Shown piece by piece: positions 53,123 through 62,044 of a DNA stretch of 64,000 nucleotides. The notes under the pieces were generated by a model. It did no database searches, had not been told where the DNA came from, and saw nothing but the letters and a program-made list of their open reading frames with translations. The position numbers were made by a program, and so were the translations under genes. Position 1 is the first letter of the stretch; every line of letters starts with the position of its first letter. The DNA is taken from positions 192,001 to 256,000 of the forward strand of contig OZ251539.1 of assembly GCA_965243135.1 (NCBI GenBank). Direction: 5' to 3'. Origin of the DNA: Alphaproteobacteria bacterium. Lineage in GTDB: Bacteria > Pseudomonadota > Alphaproteobacteria > MPNO01 > UBA830.

Positions 53123-54154
53123 ATGAGAATATCGAGCGCTACGCGCGGGTTCGCCTGCGCCGCCGGCATGGCCGCGGTCCTTGCCGCGTCGTCCGCCGCC
53201 CGCGCCGACACCGACGTCAGGCTGACGCTCGACTGGGTGCCCCAGTCGACTCACGGCCCGTCGTTCATCGCGCAGTACGAGGGCTACTACAAGGCGGAGG
53301 GCCTGTCGGTGAAAATCGACCCGGGCAAGGGCTCCGCCGATGCGGTCCGCAAGCTGGTCGCGGGCACCCACGACCTCGGCTGGGCCGACATCAACGCCAT
53401 CATCCAGTACAACGCGGAGAATCCGGAAAAGGCGATCAAGACGGTCATGATGCTCTACGAGCAGCCGCCTTTTTCCATCTGCGTCCTTGCGAAGTCTCCG
53501 ATCGCGGATCCGAAGCAACTGGTCGGCAAGACCCTCGGCGCTCCCGTGTTCGACGCAAGCTTCAAGCTGTTTCCGGCCTTCGCCAAGGCGATCGGCATCG
53601 ACGCGGGCGCGGTCGAGAAGAAGAACATGGATCCGCGCCTCCGCGAGCCGATGCTTCTGCGCGGCGAAGTCGACGCGGTTTCCGGGCACATCTTCTCGAC
53701 GGTGCTCGCCGTTATGGCGGCTGGCTACAAGGAATCGGATCTGAGGTGCTTCCTCTACGGCGACTACGGGATGGAATCCTACGCGAACGGGATCGCCGTT
53801 TCGCCGAAGTTCCTCGAGAAGAACCCGGACGCCGTCCGCGGCTTCATCAGGGCGACCTACAAGGCCGCGCGCGATACGGTTCTCAAGCCCGAAATGGCGA
53901 TCGCCGCGGCCAAGAAGTTCGAGCCTCTGGTCGACGAGGCCGTCGAAGCGGATCGTTTGCGGCTCGGCGTGTCGTGCTGCATCCTGACGCCCAACGTGAA
54001 GAAGGACGGTTACGGGGACGTCGATATGGCGCGGCTCCAGCGGTCGATCGAACAGGCGGCCCTGGCGTACGGACTCAAGAACCCGCCGAAGGCGGAGGAC
54101 ATGTTCGACCGGTCCTATCTGCCGCCGAAGTCCGAGCGGTTCATCGACAAATAG
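53123..54154 (+). CDS. ABC transporter substrate-binding protein (NMT1/THI5, NitT/TauT family)
   Basis: Signal peptide; LTLDW...HGP..IA...GYYKAEGL.V.I.PGKGS motif. Confidence 0.9.
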   Translation: MRISSATRGFACAAGMAAVLAASSAARADTDVRLTLDWVPQSTHGPSFIAQYEGYYKAEGLSVKIDPGKGSADAVRKLVAGTHDLGWADINAIIQYNAENPEKAIKTVMMLYEQPPFSICVLAKSPIADPKQLVGKTLGAPVFDASFKLFPAFAKAIGIDAGAVEKKNMDPRLREPMLLRGEVDAVSGHIFSTVLAVMAAGYKESDLRCFLYGDYGMESYANGIAVSPKFLEKNPDAVRGFIRATYKAARDTVLKPEMAIAAAKKFEPLVDEAVEADRLRLGVSCCILTPNVKKDGYGDVDMARLQRSIEQAALAYGLKNPPKAEDMFDRSYLPPKSERFIDK

Positions 54155-54162
54155 ACCGCGCT

Positions 54163-54194
54163 CCGCCGCGCCGTCCGTCGGGACGGCGCGGCGG
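54163..54194 (+). other. Intercistronic 14-bp perfect stem-loop
   Basis: ccgccgcgccgtcc-gtcg-ggacggcgcggcgg between the binding-protein and ATPase genes; resembles mRNA-stabilising hairpins. Confidence 0.7.
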
Positions 54195-54212
54195 CTTCGC
54201 GTCTATGCGGCC

Positions 54213-55019
54213 ATGAATTTCATCGACATCGACGGCGTCGACCTCGTCTATCGCAACGCCGCTGGCGAGGAGGCGGGGGAGGGAACGCTCGCGCTGTCCG
54301 GGGCTTCGCTGCGGATGGACAAGGGCGCGTTCGTTGCGCTCGTGGGACCGAGCGGGTGCGGCAAGTCCACCCTGCTCAAGGTCGTGGCGGGCCTCGTCCG
54401 GGCGAACGAGGGCAAGGTCGTCGTCGCCGGCCAGGAGGTGACGCGGCCGCTCAAGATCGTCGGCATGGCGTTTCAGAACGCGACCCTGCTGCCTTGGCGC
54501 TCGACCCGCGAAAACGTGTTGCTGCCGCTCGAGATCGTCGAACCCCATCGGAAACGCTTCCGCGCGGAGAAGGCGGCCTACGAGGCGCTTGCGGACGAGC
54601 TTCTGGCGACGGTCGGCCTCGACGGGTTCGGAGACCGCGCGCCCTGGCAGCTGTCGGGAGGGATGCAGCAGCGCGCGCAGCTGTGCCGCGCTCTCGTGCA
54701 CGAACCCGACCTCCTGCTGCTCGACGAGCCGTTCGGCGCGCTCGACGCCTTCACGCGCGAAGAACTCTGGGACGTTCTGCAGACCCTGTACCTCAAACGG
54801 GCCTGCACGATCATCCTGGTGACGCACGACCTGCGCGAGGCGGTTTACCTTGCGGACACGGTGCACGTCATGAGCGCCCGCCCGGGGCGGATGATCCTCG
54901 AGCGCGCGATCGACCTGCCGCGGCCGCGCAAACTGGACGACCTGTACGGCAGGGAGGTGGTCGACCTGCTTCAGGACCTCCGGCATCACATCCACGTCGC
55001 GCGGGGAGAGCGGCAATGA
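54213..55019 (+). CDS. ABC transporter ATP-binding protein (NitT/TauT family)
   Basis: Walker A GPSGCGKST, signature LSGGMQQR, Walker B LLLDEPFGALD, H-loop VTHD. Confidence 0.96.
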   Translation: MNFIDIDGVDLVYRNAAGEEAGEGTLALSGASLRMDKGAFVALVGPSGCGKSTLLKVVAGLVRANEGKVVVAGQEVTRPLKIVGMAFQNATLLPWRSTRENVLLPLEIVEPHRKRFRAEKAAYEALADELLATVGLDGFGDRAPWQLSGGMQQRAQLCRALVHEPDLLLLDEPFGALDAFTREELWDVLQTLYLKRACTIILVTHDLREAVYLADTVHVMSARPGRMILERAIDLPRPRKLDDLYGREVVDLLQDLRHHIHVARGERQ

Positions 55020-55795
55020 AGAGCGTGACATTCGAACGGGCTTCTCCATGGCTCGTCACCGCGGTTCTGCTGATCCTGTGGGAGGCGGCGGTGCATGCCT
55101 TCAACGTGTCGCGGATCGAACTGCCGTCGGCGTCCGAATCCTTCTACGCCATTTGGGAATTTCGCGTGGCGCTATGGCAAAACGCGCTGACGACGCTGAT
55201 CGCGACGGTCATCGGCTTCGGGATCGCGGTCGTCTTCGGGGTCGCGATGGGGATCGCCATCGGCCTTTGGCGCCCCGTCTACGCGGCGCTCTATCCGCTG
55301 ATGGTGGCCTTCAACTCCATACCCAAGGTGGCGATCGTCCCGATCCTGATGCTGTGGTTCGGCATCGGCCTGGCCACCTCGACGCTCACGGCGTTCATCC
55401 TCTGTTTTTTCCCGATCGTCGTGAACATGGCGGTCGCTCTCGCGACGATCGAACCGGAGCTCAAGGACGTTCTGAGGGCGCTCGGCGCTCACGAGCGCGA
55501 TATCGTGATCAAGATCGGCATTCCGCGGTCGCTTCCCTATCTGTTCGCGGCGCTCAAGATCGCGATTACGCTGGCTTTCGTCGGAGCCGTCATCGCCGAG
55601 ACGGTGGCGGGAGGGAGCGGCATCGGGCATCTGATGCTGGTCGCGAGCTCCAACTTCAACACCCCGTTGATGTTCGCCGGCCTGATCGTCATCGCAGTGA
55701 TGGCGATCGGCATGTACGCGATTTTCGCGGTGATGGATTCGCGCTTCACCGGGTGGGCGACGCGCGACATGTCCTACGCGGCCGCAGGCGGATAG
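55016..55795 (+). CDS. ABC transporter permease (NitT/TauT family)
   Basis: ATGA overlap with the ATPase stop; multiple TM segments; PKVAIVP..LWFG.G and GAVIAE...G.GIG motifs. Confidence 0.94.
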   Translation: MKSVTFERASPWLVTAVLLILWEAAVHAFNVSRIELPSASESFYAIWEFRVALWQNALTTLIATVIGFGIAVVFGVAMGIAIGLWRPVYAALYPLMVAFNSIPKVAIVPILMLWFGIGLATSTLTAFILCFFPIVVNMAVALATIEPELKDVLRALGAHERDIVIKIGIPRSLPYLFAALKIAITLAFVGAVIAETVAGGSGIGHLMLVASSNFNTPLMFAGLIVIAVMAIGMYAIFAVMDSRFTGWATRDMSYAAAGG

Positions 55796-56097
55796 ACCGA
55801 AGGTAAGCGTTCGGTCGCGGGGTGACACCTGCCCGTTCCGTCTCCAGTCCCGGTGCAGGGCAGGCCCACGCTGGTTGCATGTTTCCTCGGGCTTTCCGCC
55901 CATGGCCGAACCCTGGAGGTTCGACTGCGGAAGTCCGCCTCGCTCGACCGGACGACGCTCCCGTTCGACGGAACCGCAGTCTGGAGTTCAGGCGTTTCGC
56001 CGCTTGCGGCGCATGCGCGCTCCGCCGCCGCCTCGAGGACAGAGCCCGGCAATGAACGCCACCGCCCCGTTCTCGCCTTGGCGCATGCGTCTTTCTC

Positions 56098-56126
56098 TTG
56101 ACGATCGCATCGGCGCCGCGGATACT
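56098..56126 (+). promoter_or_regulatory. Cassette-borne sigma70 promoter (copy 2)
   Basis: TTGACG (56098-56103), 17-nt spacer, GATACT (56121-56126). Confidence 0.65.
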
Positions 56127-56163
56127 GTCTCCGGAATGGATACTGTCTCTGGAAAGGATACTT

Positions 56164-56721
56164 ATGATCGCTTTAGAGATCGCCAGACTCGCCGTCACTT
56201 TCGCCAACGCGGTCGCAGCCGTCGTCGCGGCCGTCGGCATCTGGTACGGCATCCGCGCGATGGTCCGCGCCAACGACGAACGCGGGCAGCAACAGCGCGC
56301 GGCCACGCAGCAGCAGAGCGCAGCCATGCTGCAGCAGAGCGAAGCCATGCTGCAACAGCGCGAAGCCGAAGAACGCCGCCACAAAGCCATGCTGCAGACC
56401 ATGCAGGATCAGCGCGAAGCGGAAGAACGCCGCCACGAGGAAGCGATGGAACAGCGGCGCGCGGCTACGCAGGAGCAGCGCGAAGCGGAAGAACGCCGCC
56501 ACGAGGAAGCGATGGAACAGCAGCGCGCGGCTATGCAGCAGCAACGCGAAGCCGAAGAACGCCGCCACAAAGCCGACGAACGCCGCCACAAAGCTGACGA
56601 ACGCCGCCACGAGGAGAGCATGACGGCGCTCAAGGCGCTGATCCGCCAGACCGCCGCGCCGGAAACCGTCGCCGAACGAACGACGCCGACGGACGACGGG
56701 GCGGGAACGAAGGGCGCCTGA
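56164..56721 (+). CDS. Small membrane-anchored coiled-coil repeat protein (cassette passenger, copy 2)
   Basis: RBS ggaaagga; [33 protein letters not shown], then QREAEERRH and KADERRH repeats; C-terminus shared with copy 1. Confidence 0.8.
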   Translation: MIALEIARLAVTFANAVAAVVAAVGIWYGIRAMVRANDERGQQQRAATQQQSAAMLQQSEAMLQQREAEERRHKAMLQTMQDQREAEERRHEEAMEQRRAATQEQREAEERRHEEAMEQQRAAMQQQREAEERRHKADERRHKADERRHEESMTALKALIRQTAAPETVAERTTPTDDGAGTKGA

Positions 56722-57482
56722 CGCCCTTCCCCGCCGGCGAGACCTCGAAGTCGAGCGACTGTCGCGGTCGCGCGGGGCGCACCTCCCGCTTCGGCGCGAG
56801 GGGCCGACGACAACGCCGCTTGCAGGCGCGAAACTCGACCTGCCCGGTGATCTTTTCTCCGTTTTTCGCGCAAGGCTTGCCGCGGACGGCGGCCAAAAAC
56901 CCGGCAAGCGCGGCGCGCGTCCGCGCGACGGCGACCCGGGCCGTCGTCCCCCGCCGGGCCTCTCGTCGCTCTTCCGCACGGTGCGCTCGCGCTCGAACTT
57001 GTAAAGCTTGCGCGCCGCGGGCGTCGCTCGTCGAGTCGCTTCCTCGGCTTCGCCGTGGCGGCCCGCTTCCCGCTCAAGTTCGTTCGCCGAAGAGGCCGAC
57101 TTCAGGCGGCTCGTTGCGCGCCGCCGCGCTGCGTTAACGCCGCCCTTGCCTCCGCGCGACGCGCGCGCCCCGTCCCGCCGGGGCGGTGCGACAGCAAAGC
57201 CCCCGTCCGTCGGTCGCAGTGCGCACCCGCGTCCGGTCCCCGGACGAAATTTTCCTCGTCCCCCGGGTAGCGAACGCTTACGACCGAAGGAACCGGTCCC
57301 CGCGGAAGCGCGTCCGACGCGAGCGGAGGCCGAGGAGTTTCCGCGCCCGGCGTTGCGTCGCCGATTCTCCGTTCGCCAGGGAGCGGCGATCGCGACGCGG
57401 GCTTCTTGCGGCCTCGGCGGTTGCCCGGCTCTGGAACGTCCCTTGCCTTTGCCGTCGGTGCGATGGCAGTCTGGAAGACGCC

Positions 57483-58688
57483 ATGAAGCTCGATATCGAT
57501 CCCGACCGCCTTCTCGGCGATCTCCGGTCGCTCCGGGAATTCGGCCGCCTGACCGCGGGCGTCAGCCGGGTTTCCTATTCGGAGGCCGACGCTGCGTCGC
57601 GGGCCTGGCTGCGGGAGCGCATGATCGAAGCCGGGCTGGAGACCGCGGTCGACGACGTCGGCAACGTGTTCGGGCGCGCGCCGGGAAGCGGCCCCGCGGT
57701 CGTCATCGGCTCGCATACGGATTCGGTGCCGGTCGGCGGTTGGCTCGACGGATCCTTCGGAGTGATCTGCGGACTGGAGATCGCCCGCAGCGCGGCGGCG
57801 GCCGGCCTTGCGGTCGAGGTCGTCTCGTTCATGGACGAGGAGGGAACCTATCTCGCCTGCCTGGGCAGCCGCGCCTTCTGCGGAGATCTCGGCGCCGACG
57901 AACTCGAGGCGGCGCGCGGTCCCGCGGGCGAGAGCGCGCGCGCCGCGATCGAGCGCTGCGGCTACGCCGGCAATGCGCCGGTTCGCTGCGATCCGGACCG
58001 TCACCTCGCGTATCTGGAGGCGCATATCGAACAGGGGCCGAGGCTGGAGGCCGCGGGGAAGCCGATCGGCGTGGTCACGGGAATCGTCGGCATGCGCCGC
58101 TATCGCGTCGCGATCGCCGGCGAGGCGGACCATGCGGGAACGGTGCCGATGGCCATGCGCAGGGATGCCGGCCGCGCCGCGATATCCTGCGCCGCGGGCA
58201 TCCTCGAGGACCTGCCCCGCGCCGGCGGCCCGGATTCCGTGTGGAACATAGGCGCGATCGACTTCCGGCCCGGCGCCGACAACGTGGTGCCGGCTTCGGC
58301 GACCGTCTCCGTCGAGATCCGCGACTTGTCGGCCGAGGTCGTCGCCGCGATGGAACGCGCGGTGACCGAACGGGTGGCGGCGGTGGAGCGCGAAACCGGA
58401 CTTCCCTGTTCCGTCGCGACGACTCTCGAAGTCGAGCCGGCGGCGATGGACGAGGGCTTGATGGGCAAGCTCCGGGACGCGGCCGCGGCGTGCGGCGCGG
58501 GTTGCATGGACATGCCCAGCGGCGCCGGCCACGACGCGATGGTGACGGCCCGCCGTTTGCCTTCGGCCATGCTGTTCGTTCCCAGCATACGCGGCAAGAG
58601 CCACAGCGAGGCGGAAGACACGCATCCGGACGACCTCGCGCTCGGTTGCCGCGTGCTTGCCGCGGCAGTGGAGCGGATCGCCGGATAG
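57483..58688 (+). CDS. M20-family Zn amidohydrolase (allantoate amidohydrolase / N-carbamoyl-amino-acid hydrolase-like)
   Basis: GSHTDSVP.GG.LDG, DEEG, EAHIEQGP, GEADHAGT.PM and SGAGHDA motifs. Confidence 0.92.
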   Translation: MKLDIDPDRLLGDLRSLREFGRLTAGVSRVSYSEADAASRAWLRERMIEAGLETAVDDVGNVFGRAPGSGPAVVIGSHTDSVPVGGWLDGSFGVICGLEIARSAAAAGLAVEVVSFMDEEGTYLACLGSRAFCGDLGADELEAARGPAGESARAAIERCGYAGNAPVRCDPDRHLAYLEAHIEQGPRLEAAGKPIGVVTGIVGMRRYRVAIAGEADHAGTVPMAMRRDAGRAAISCAAGILEDLPRAGGPDSVWNIGAIDFRPGADNVVPASATVSVEIRDLSAEVVAAMERAVTERVAAVERETGLPCSVATTLEVEPAAMDEGLMGKLRDAAAACGAGCMDMPSGAGHDAMVTARRLPSAMLFVPSIRGKSHSEAEDTHPDDLALGCRVLAAAVERIAG

Positions 58689-58692
58689 GCGA

Positions 58693-59400
58693 TCAGATCC
58701 GGCCCGCGCGTCCCAGCCCGGGGATCGGATCCGCGATGCCGGCCGCGCGGAGCGCGGTCCGGAGAAGGGTCTGGTTCGAGGTCAGAACCGGCACGCGCAG
58801 GGCGGCCTCCAGCCTTTCGACGACGCCGAAGGTCGGGAGATCGGTCGCGAGGAGGACGAGCGCCGCCTCGGGGGCGAGCTCGCGGGAGAACGCCGCGAGC
58901 CGCTCTTCGGTAACCTTCGGCACGTTGCTCATGGCGAGAATGTCGAGCGTCGCGTCGCGGTCGACGCGGTAGCCCTCCGCTTCGAAGAAGGGACGCGCGA
59001 GCGCATGAATCGCCGCGGGATAGGGAGTGCCGAGCGCGAAGCGCGACAGGCCGAGCGCCGCAAGCGCGTCCCGCATCGCCGTCCAGGCGGTGACGCAGGG
59101 TATGCCGGTCCGCGCGGCGACGTCGCCGGCGCGCGCCTCGTTCCATCCGGGTTCCATGACGAAGGTCGTCACCATGTCGGCGTACGCGATCAGGTCGACG
59201 CCGCTCGACGACAGGTCGTCGACCGCCCGGTCCGCCGCGCCTTCCATGCGCAGGACGGCGTCGCGGGTCAGGTCGCCCGAAGCCGGTATTCGGGTCGCGC
59301 GGAAGGCCACTCCCTCCGGCGCGACGGACCGGAATTCGGGCTCGATCACGGTGTTGTTGGCCGGCACGACGAGGCCGATTCGGGCGCGCGAGCCGTCCAT
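58693..59400 (-). CDS. Asp/Glu racemase superfamily protein (maleate isomerase / arylmalonate decarboxylase-like), atypical
   Basis: RIGLVVP.NN.VIEPEF, GTPY and LE..L..PVLTSNQ motifs. Confidence 0.85.
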   Translation of the reverse strand: MDGSRARIGLVVPANNTVIEPEFRSVAPEGVAFRATRIPASGDLTRDAVLRMEGAADRAVDDLSSSGVDLIAYADMVTTFVMEPGWNEARAGDVAARTGIPCVTAWTAMRDALAALGLSRFALGTPYPAAIHALARPFFEAEGYRVDRDATLDILAMSNVPKVTEERLAAFSRELAPEAALVLLATDLPTFGVVERLEAALRVPVLTSNQTLLRTALRAAGIADPIPGLGRAGRI

Positions 59401-59401
59401 C

Positions 59402-60751
59402 TCACGAGTTTCCGCGAGCGAGGAACGCGCCGCGGGGCGTTTCGTCGACGAGGGCGCCGTCGGCGGCGATCACGCGGCCGCGCAGCGCGGTCAGCACGGG
59501 CCAGCCTGCGAGCTCCGCGCCTTCGAACGGCGACCGTCCGGCGCGCGACCGGATGTCCGCCGCGGACACGACGCGGCGCCGTTCAGGGTCGACGAGCGCC
59601 ATGTCGCCGTCGGCGCCCGGCGCGAGAACGCCTTTTCGGCCCGCGAGGCCGAACAGTTCCGCCGGACGCTCCGCAAGCAGGCGGGCCGCGTCCGGCCAGG
59701 AAATCGCGCCCTTGGCGGCGAGGTCGAGGACGGCCGCGGCGATGGTGTCGAGGCCGGGAACGCCGCCCGGAACCTCGCGCGGCGCGTCGCCGGCCTTTTC
59801 CGCCTCGGCATGCGGCGCATGGTCGGATCCGACGAAGTCGATCGTTCCGTCGGCCGCGGCCGCGACGGCGGCCCTGCGATCCGCGCCGCTTCGAAGCGGC
59901 GGAATCATGAAGGCGAACCCGCGCAGGCTCGTCAGCAGGGCGGCGTCGAGACGGAGGTGATGCGGCGTCGCCTCCACGGCGAGCGGCAGCGCTTCGGCCT
60001 TGGCCCGGCGCGCGAGCGCGAAGCCGCGGGCCGTGCTGACCTGCCGCAGCACGGTTCGGGCTCCGGTCGCCCGGCAGATCTCGATCGCCGCGGCGATGCC
60101 GACCGCTTCCGCGAGCGGCTCTCGGGTTTCGGCGAACGCCCGGAAATCCGCGCAATCCGCCGGCAGTTCGGCAAGCCGGCGATCGAGAAGCCGCTGCTGT
60201 CCGGCGTAGACTCCGATCACCGCTCCGAGCGCCGCGACGCGTTCCGCCGCGGCGGCGTAGTGGTCGACGTCGAGGCGGTCGTTTTCGGGGGCGTCCGACA
60301 TGAGCGCCTCGAACGAGGTCGCGCCGGCGTTCCAGAGATCGCCGAGAGACTCGAGGTTGTCGCGCGCGACTCCCGCCTGCAGCGCGAAGTCGACGCGGCT
60401 CGACCCCTCGCCGGCCGCCCGCGCCAGCGCGAAACCGGACGGCGACGAGACCGGCGGGCTGGTGTTGGGCATGCACATCACGGTCGTTACGCCGCCGCAG
60501 GCGGCGGCGCGCGTGCCGGATCCGAAGTCCTCCTTGCGGGCCGCGCCGGGATCGCGCATGTGCACGTGCGCGTCGACGAAGCCGGGAAAAAGCAGGAGTC
60601 CGCGCGCGTCGATCACGGTATCCGCCGTCGCCGGCGCCTCGCCGTCCGCGAGCAGCCGGTCGATCCGGCCGTCGTCGCCGACGATCGCGCCGCCGGCCGA
60701 GATCCCGCGTCCGGAGACCAGCCGGGCGTTGTGGATGCAGAGCAGGGGCAT
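59402..60751 (-). CDS. Cyclic amidohydrolase (dihydroorotase/allantoinase-like)
   Basis: PGFVDAHVHMRDPG...KEDF.SGT.AAA.GGVTT...MPNT.P, EATPHHL, PPLR, GSDHAPH and KG.LAPGADGD motifs. Confidence 0.9.
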   Translation of the reverse strand: MPLLCIHNARLVSGRGISAGGAIVGDDGRIDRLLADGEAPATADTVIDARGLLLFPGFVDAHVHMRDPGAARKEDFGSGTRAAACGGVTTVMCMPNTSPPVSSPSGFALARAAGEGSSRVDFALQAGVARDNLESLGDLWNAGATSFEALMSDAPENDRLDVDHYAAAAERVAALGAVIGVYAGQQRLLDRRLAELPADCADFRAFAETREPLAEAVGIAAAIEICRATGARTVLRQVSTARGFALARRAKAEALPLAVEATPHHLRLDAALLTSLRGFAFMIPPLRSGADRRAAVAAAADGTIDFVGSDHAPHAEAEKAGDAPREVPGGVPGLDTIAAAVLDLAAKGAISWPDAARLLAERPAELFGLAGRKGVLAPGADGDMALVDPERRRVVSAADIRSRAGRSPFEGAELAGWPVLTALRGRVIAADGALVDETPRGAFLARGNS

Positions 60752-60788
60752 TGCAGGCACTATATCATCGGCGCCGGGGAGAACGGCC

Positions 60789-61790
60789 GTGAAGCTTCGC
60801 ATTCTGACAGAGTCCGACGTTCGCAGCGTCATCGACATGAAGGCCGCGATCGAGATCCAGAAGGACGCTTTCGAGCGGCTCGCCTCGGGCGCCGCGGTCG
60901 ACGGCTTGCGGAGCTTCGCGCGGTCGGAGACGCCTGCCGGCATCGCGATCTTCAACCCGTGCTTCCTTCGGGGCGGCGGCGGCTTCGGCGTCAAGGTCGT
61001 TTCGGACTATTTCGGAAACGACGTTCGCGGCGCGACCAGGATGTCGGCGTTGATGGCTCTGTTCGACGGCGAGACCGGGCATCCGCGGACGGTGATGGAA
61101 GGCGGGTATCTCACCGATCTCCGCACCGGCGCCGGAACCGGCCTCGCGGCGCGCTATCTCGCCCGCGAGGACAGCCGCGCGCTCGCCCTGATCGGCTCCG
61201 GGCGGGTCGCTCGCAACCAGGTCGCGGGGATCGCGAGCGCATTCCGGGTGGACCGCATTCTCGTCGCGGACCGGACGAGGACCCGCGGCCTGGTCGCGGC
61301 GCTGACGACGCGCGACGGCTGGGATCCGGAACGGGTGTCGGTCGTCGCTTCCGCGGACGAAGCGGTTTCGCAGGCCGACATCGTCGTCGCCGCCACGACC
61401 TCCCGCGCGCCGGTTTTCTCCGGGACGTCGCTGCGTCCCGGCGCGTTCGTGGCGGCCGTCGGCGCGAACGCGCCGGACGCGCGGGAACTGGACGACGACG
61501 CCGTCCGGCGGGCCGCCCTGCGCGTGATCGACAGCCGCCGCGATTGCCTCGCGAACGCGGGGGACTACGCGATTCCCGCCGGCCGGGGAACGATCGACCT
61601 TGAGTCGGTCGCGGAGCTGTCGGAAATCGTGACCGGCGCGCGGCCCGGCCGCCGGAACGACGACGACATCGTCTGCTACAAGTCGATCGGCGTTCCCGTT
61701 CAGGATCTGGTGACGGCGCAGGCGATCGAAACGGAGGCCGTCGCCCGGAACGTCGGCACGGTGATCGATATCGGCGGCGACTACGGTTGA
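60789..61790 (+). CDS. Ornithine cyclodeaminase / mu-crystallin family protein
   Basis: GVKVVS, LFD.ETG.P, LTDLRTGA, IGSG..A..Q, ADIVVAAT and YKSIG..VQD motifs; GTG start after GGGGAG. Confidence 0.9.
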   Translation: MKLRILTESDVRSVIDMKAAIEIQKDAFERLASGAAVDGLRSFARSETPAGIAIFNPCFLRGGGGFGVKVVSDYFGNDVRGATRMSALMALFDGETGHPRTVMEGGYLTDLRTGAGTGLAARYLAREDSRALALIGSGRVARNQVAGIASAFRVDRILVADRTRTRGLVAALTTRDGWDPERVSVVASADEAVSQADIVVAATTSRAPVFSGTSLRPGAFVAAVGANAPDARELDDDAVRRAALRVIDSRRDCLANAGDYAIPAGRGTIDLESVAELSEIVTGARPGRRNDDDIVCYKSIGVPVQDLVTAQAIETEAVARNVGTVIDIGGDYG

Positions 61791-62044
61791 AAGGGAGTTT
61801 GGCGCCGCTTCGCCGGAGCGTCGTCGCCCGTCTCCGGCGAAGCGGGCGAGCGGCATGGTCCGCCGGACGGATGCCCGCCTTCGCGCTGCCGGTCGTTGCG
61901 TCGGCGGCAGCGGCCCTTGACCGGGCTTTCGCGTCCCCTACGCTGTTTCCGGAGGGTGCGCCGCGGATTCGCCGCGGATTTCGCGCGCCGCGGAAGCGGC
62001 TTCGGCCGCCGGGCGAACCGGCAACGCGAACGAGGCGTCGGACG

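Larger units (their letters stand above)
55803..57281 (+). mobile_element. Complete non-autonomous passenger-gene cassette (1479 bp), copy 2
   Basis: Perfect 11-bp TIRs gtaagcgttcg (55803-55813) / cgaacgcttac (57271-57281); 8-bp TSD gaccgaag at 55795-55802 and 57282-57289; no transposase ORF inside. Confidence 0.9.

Noticed and set aside
50630-57281. Composite transposon mobilising rpsD
   Set aside because: The outer TIR of copy 1 was not found, no TSD flanks the whole unit, and copy 2 has its own TSD, indicating independent insertions.
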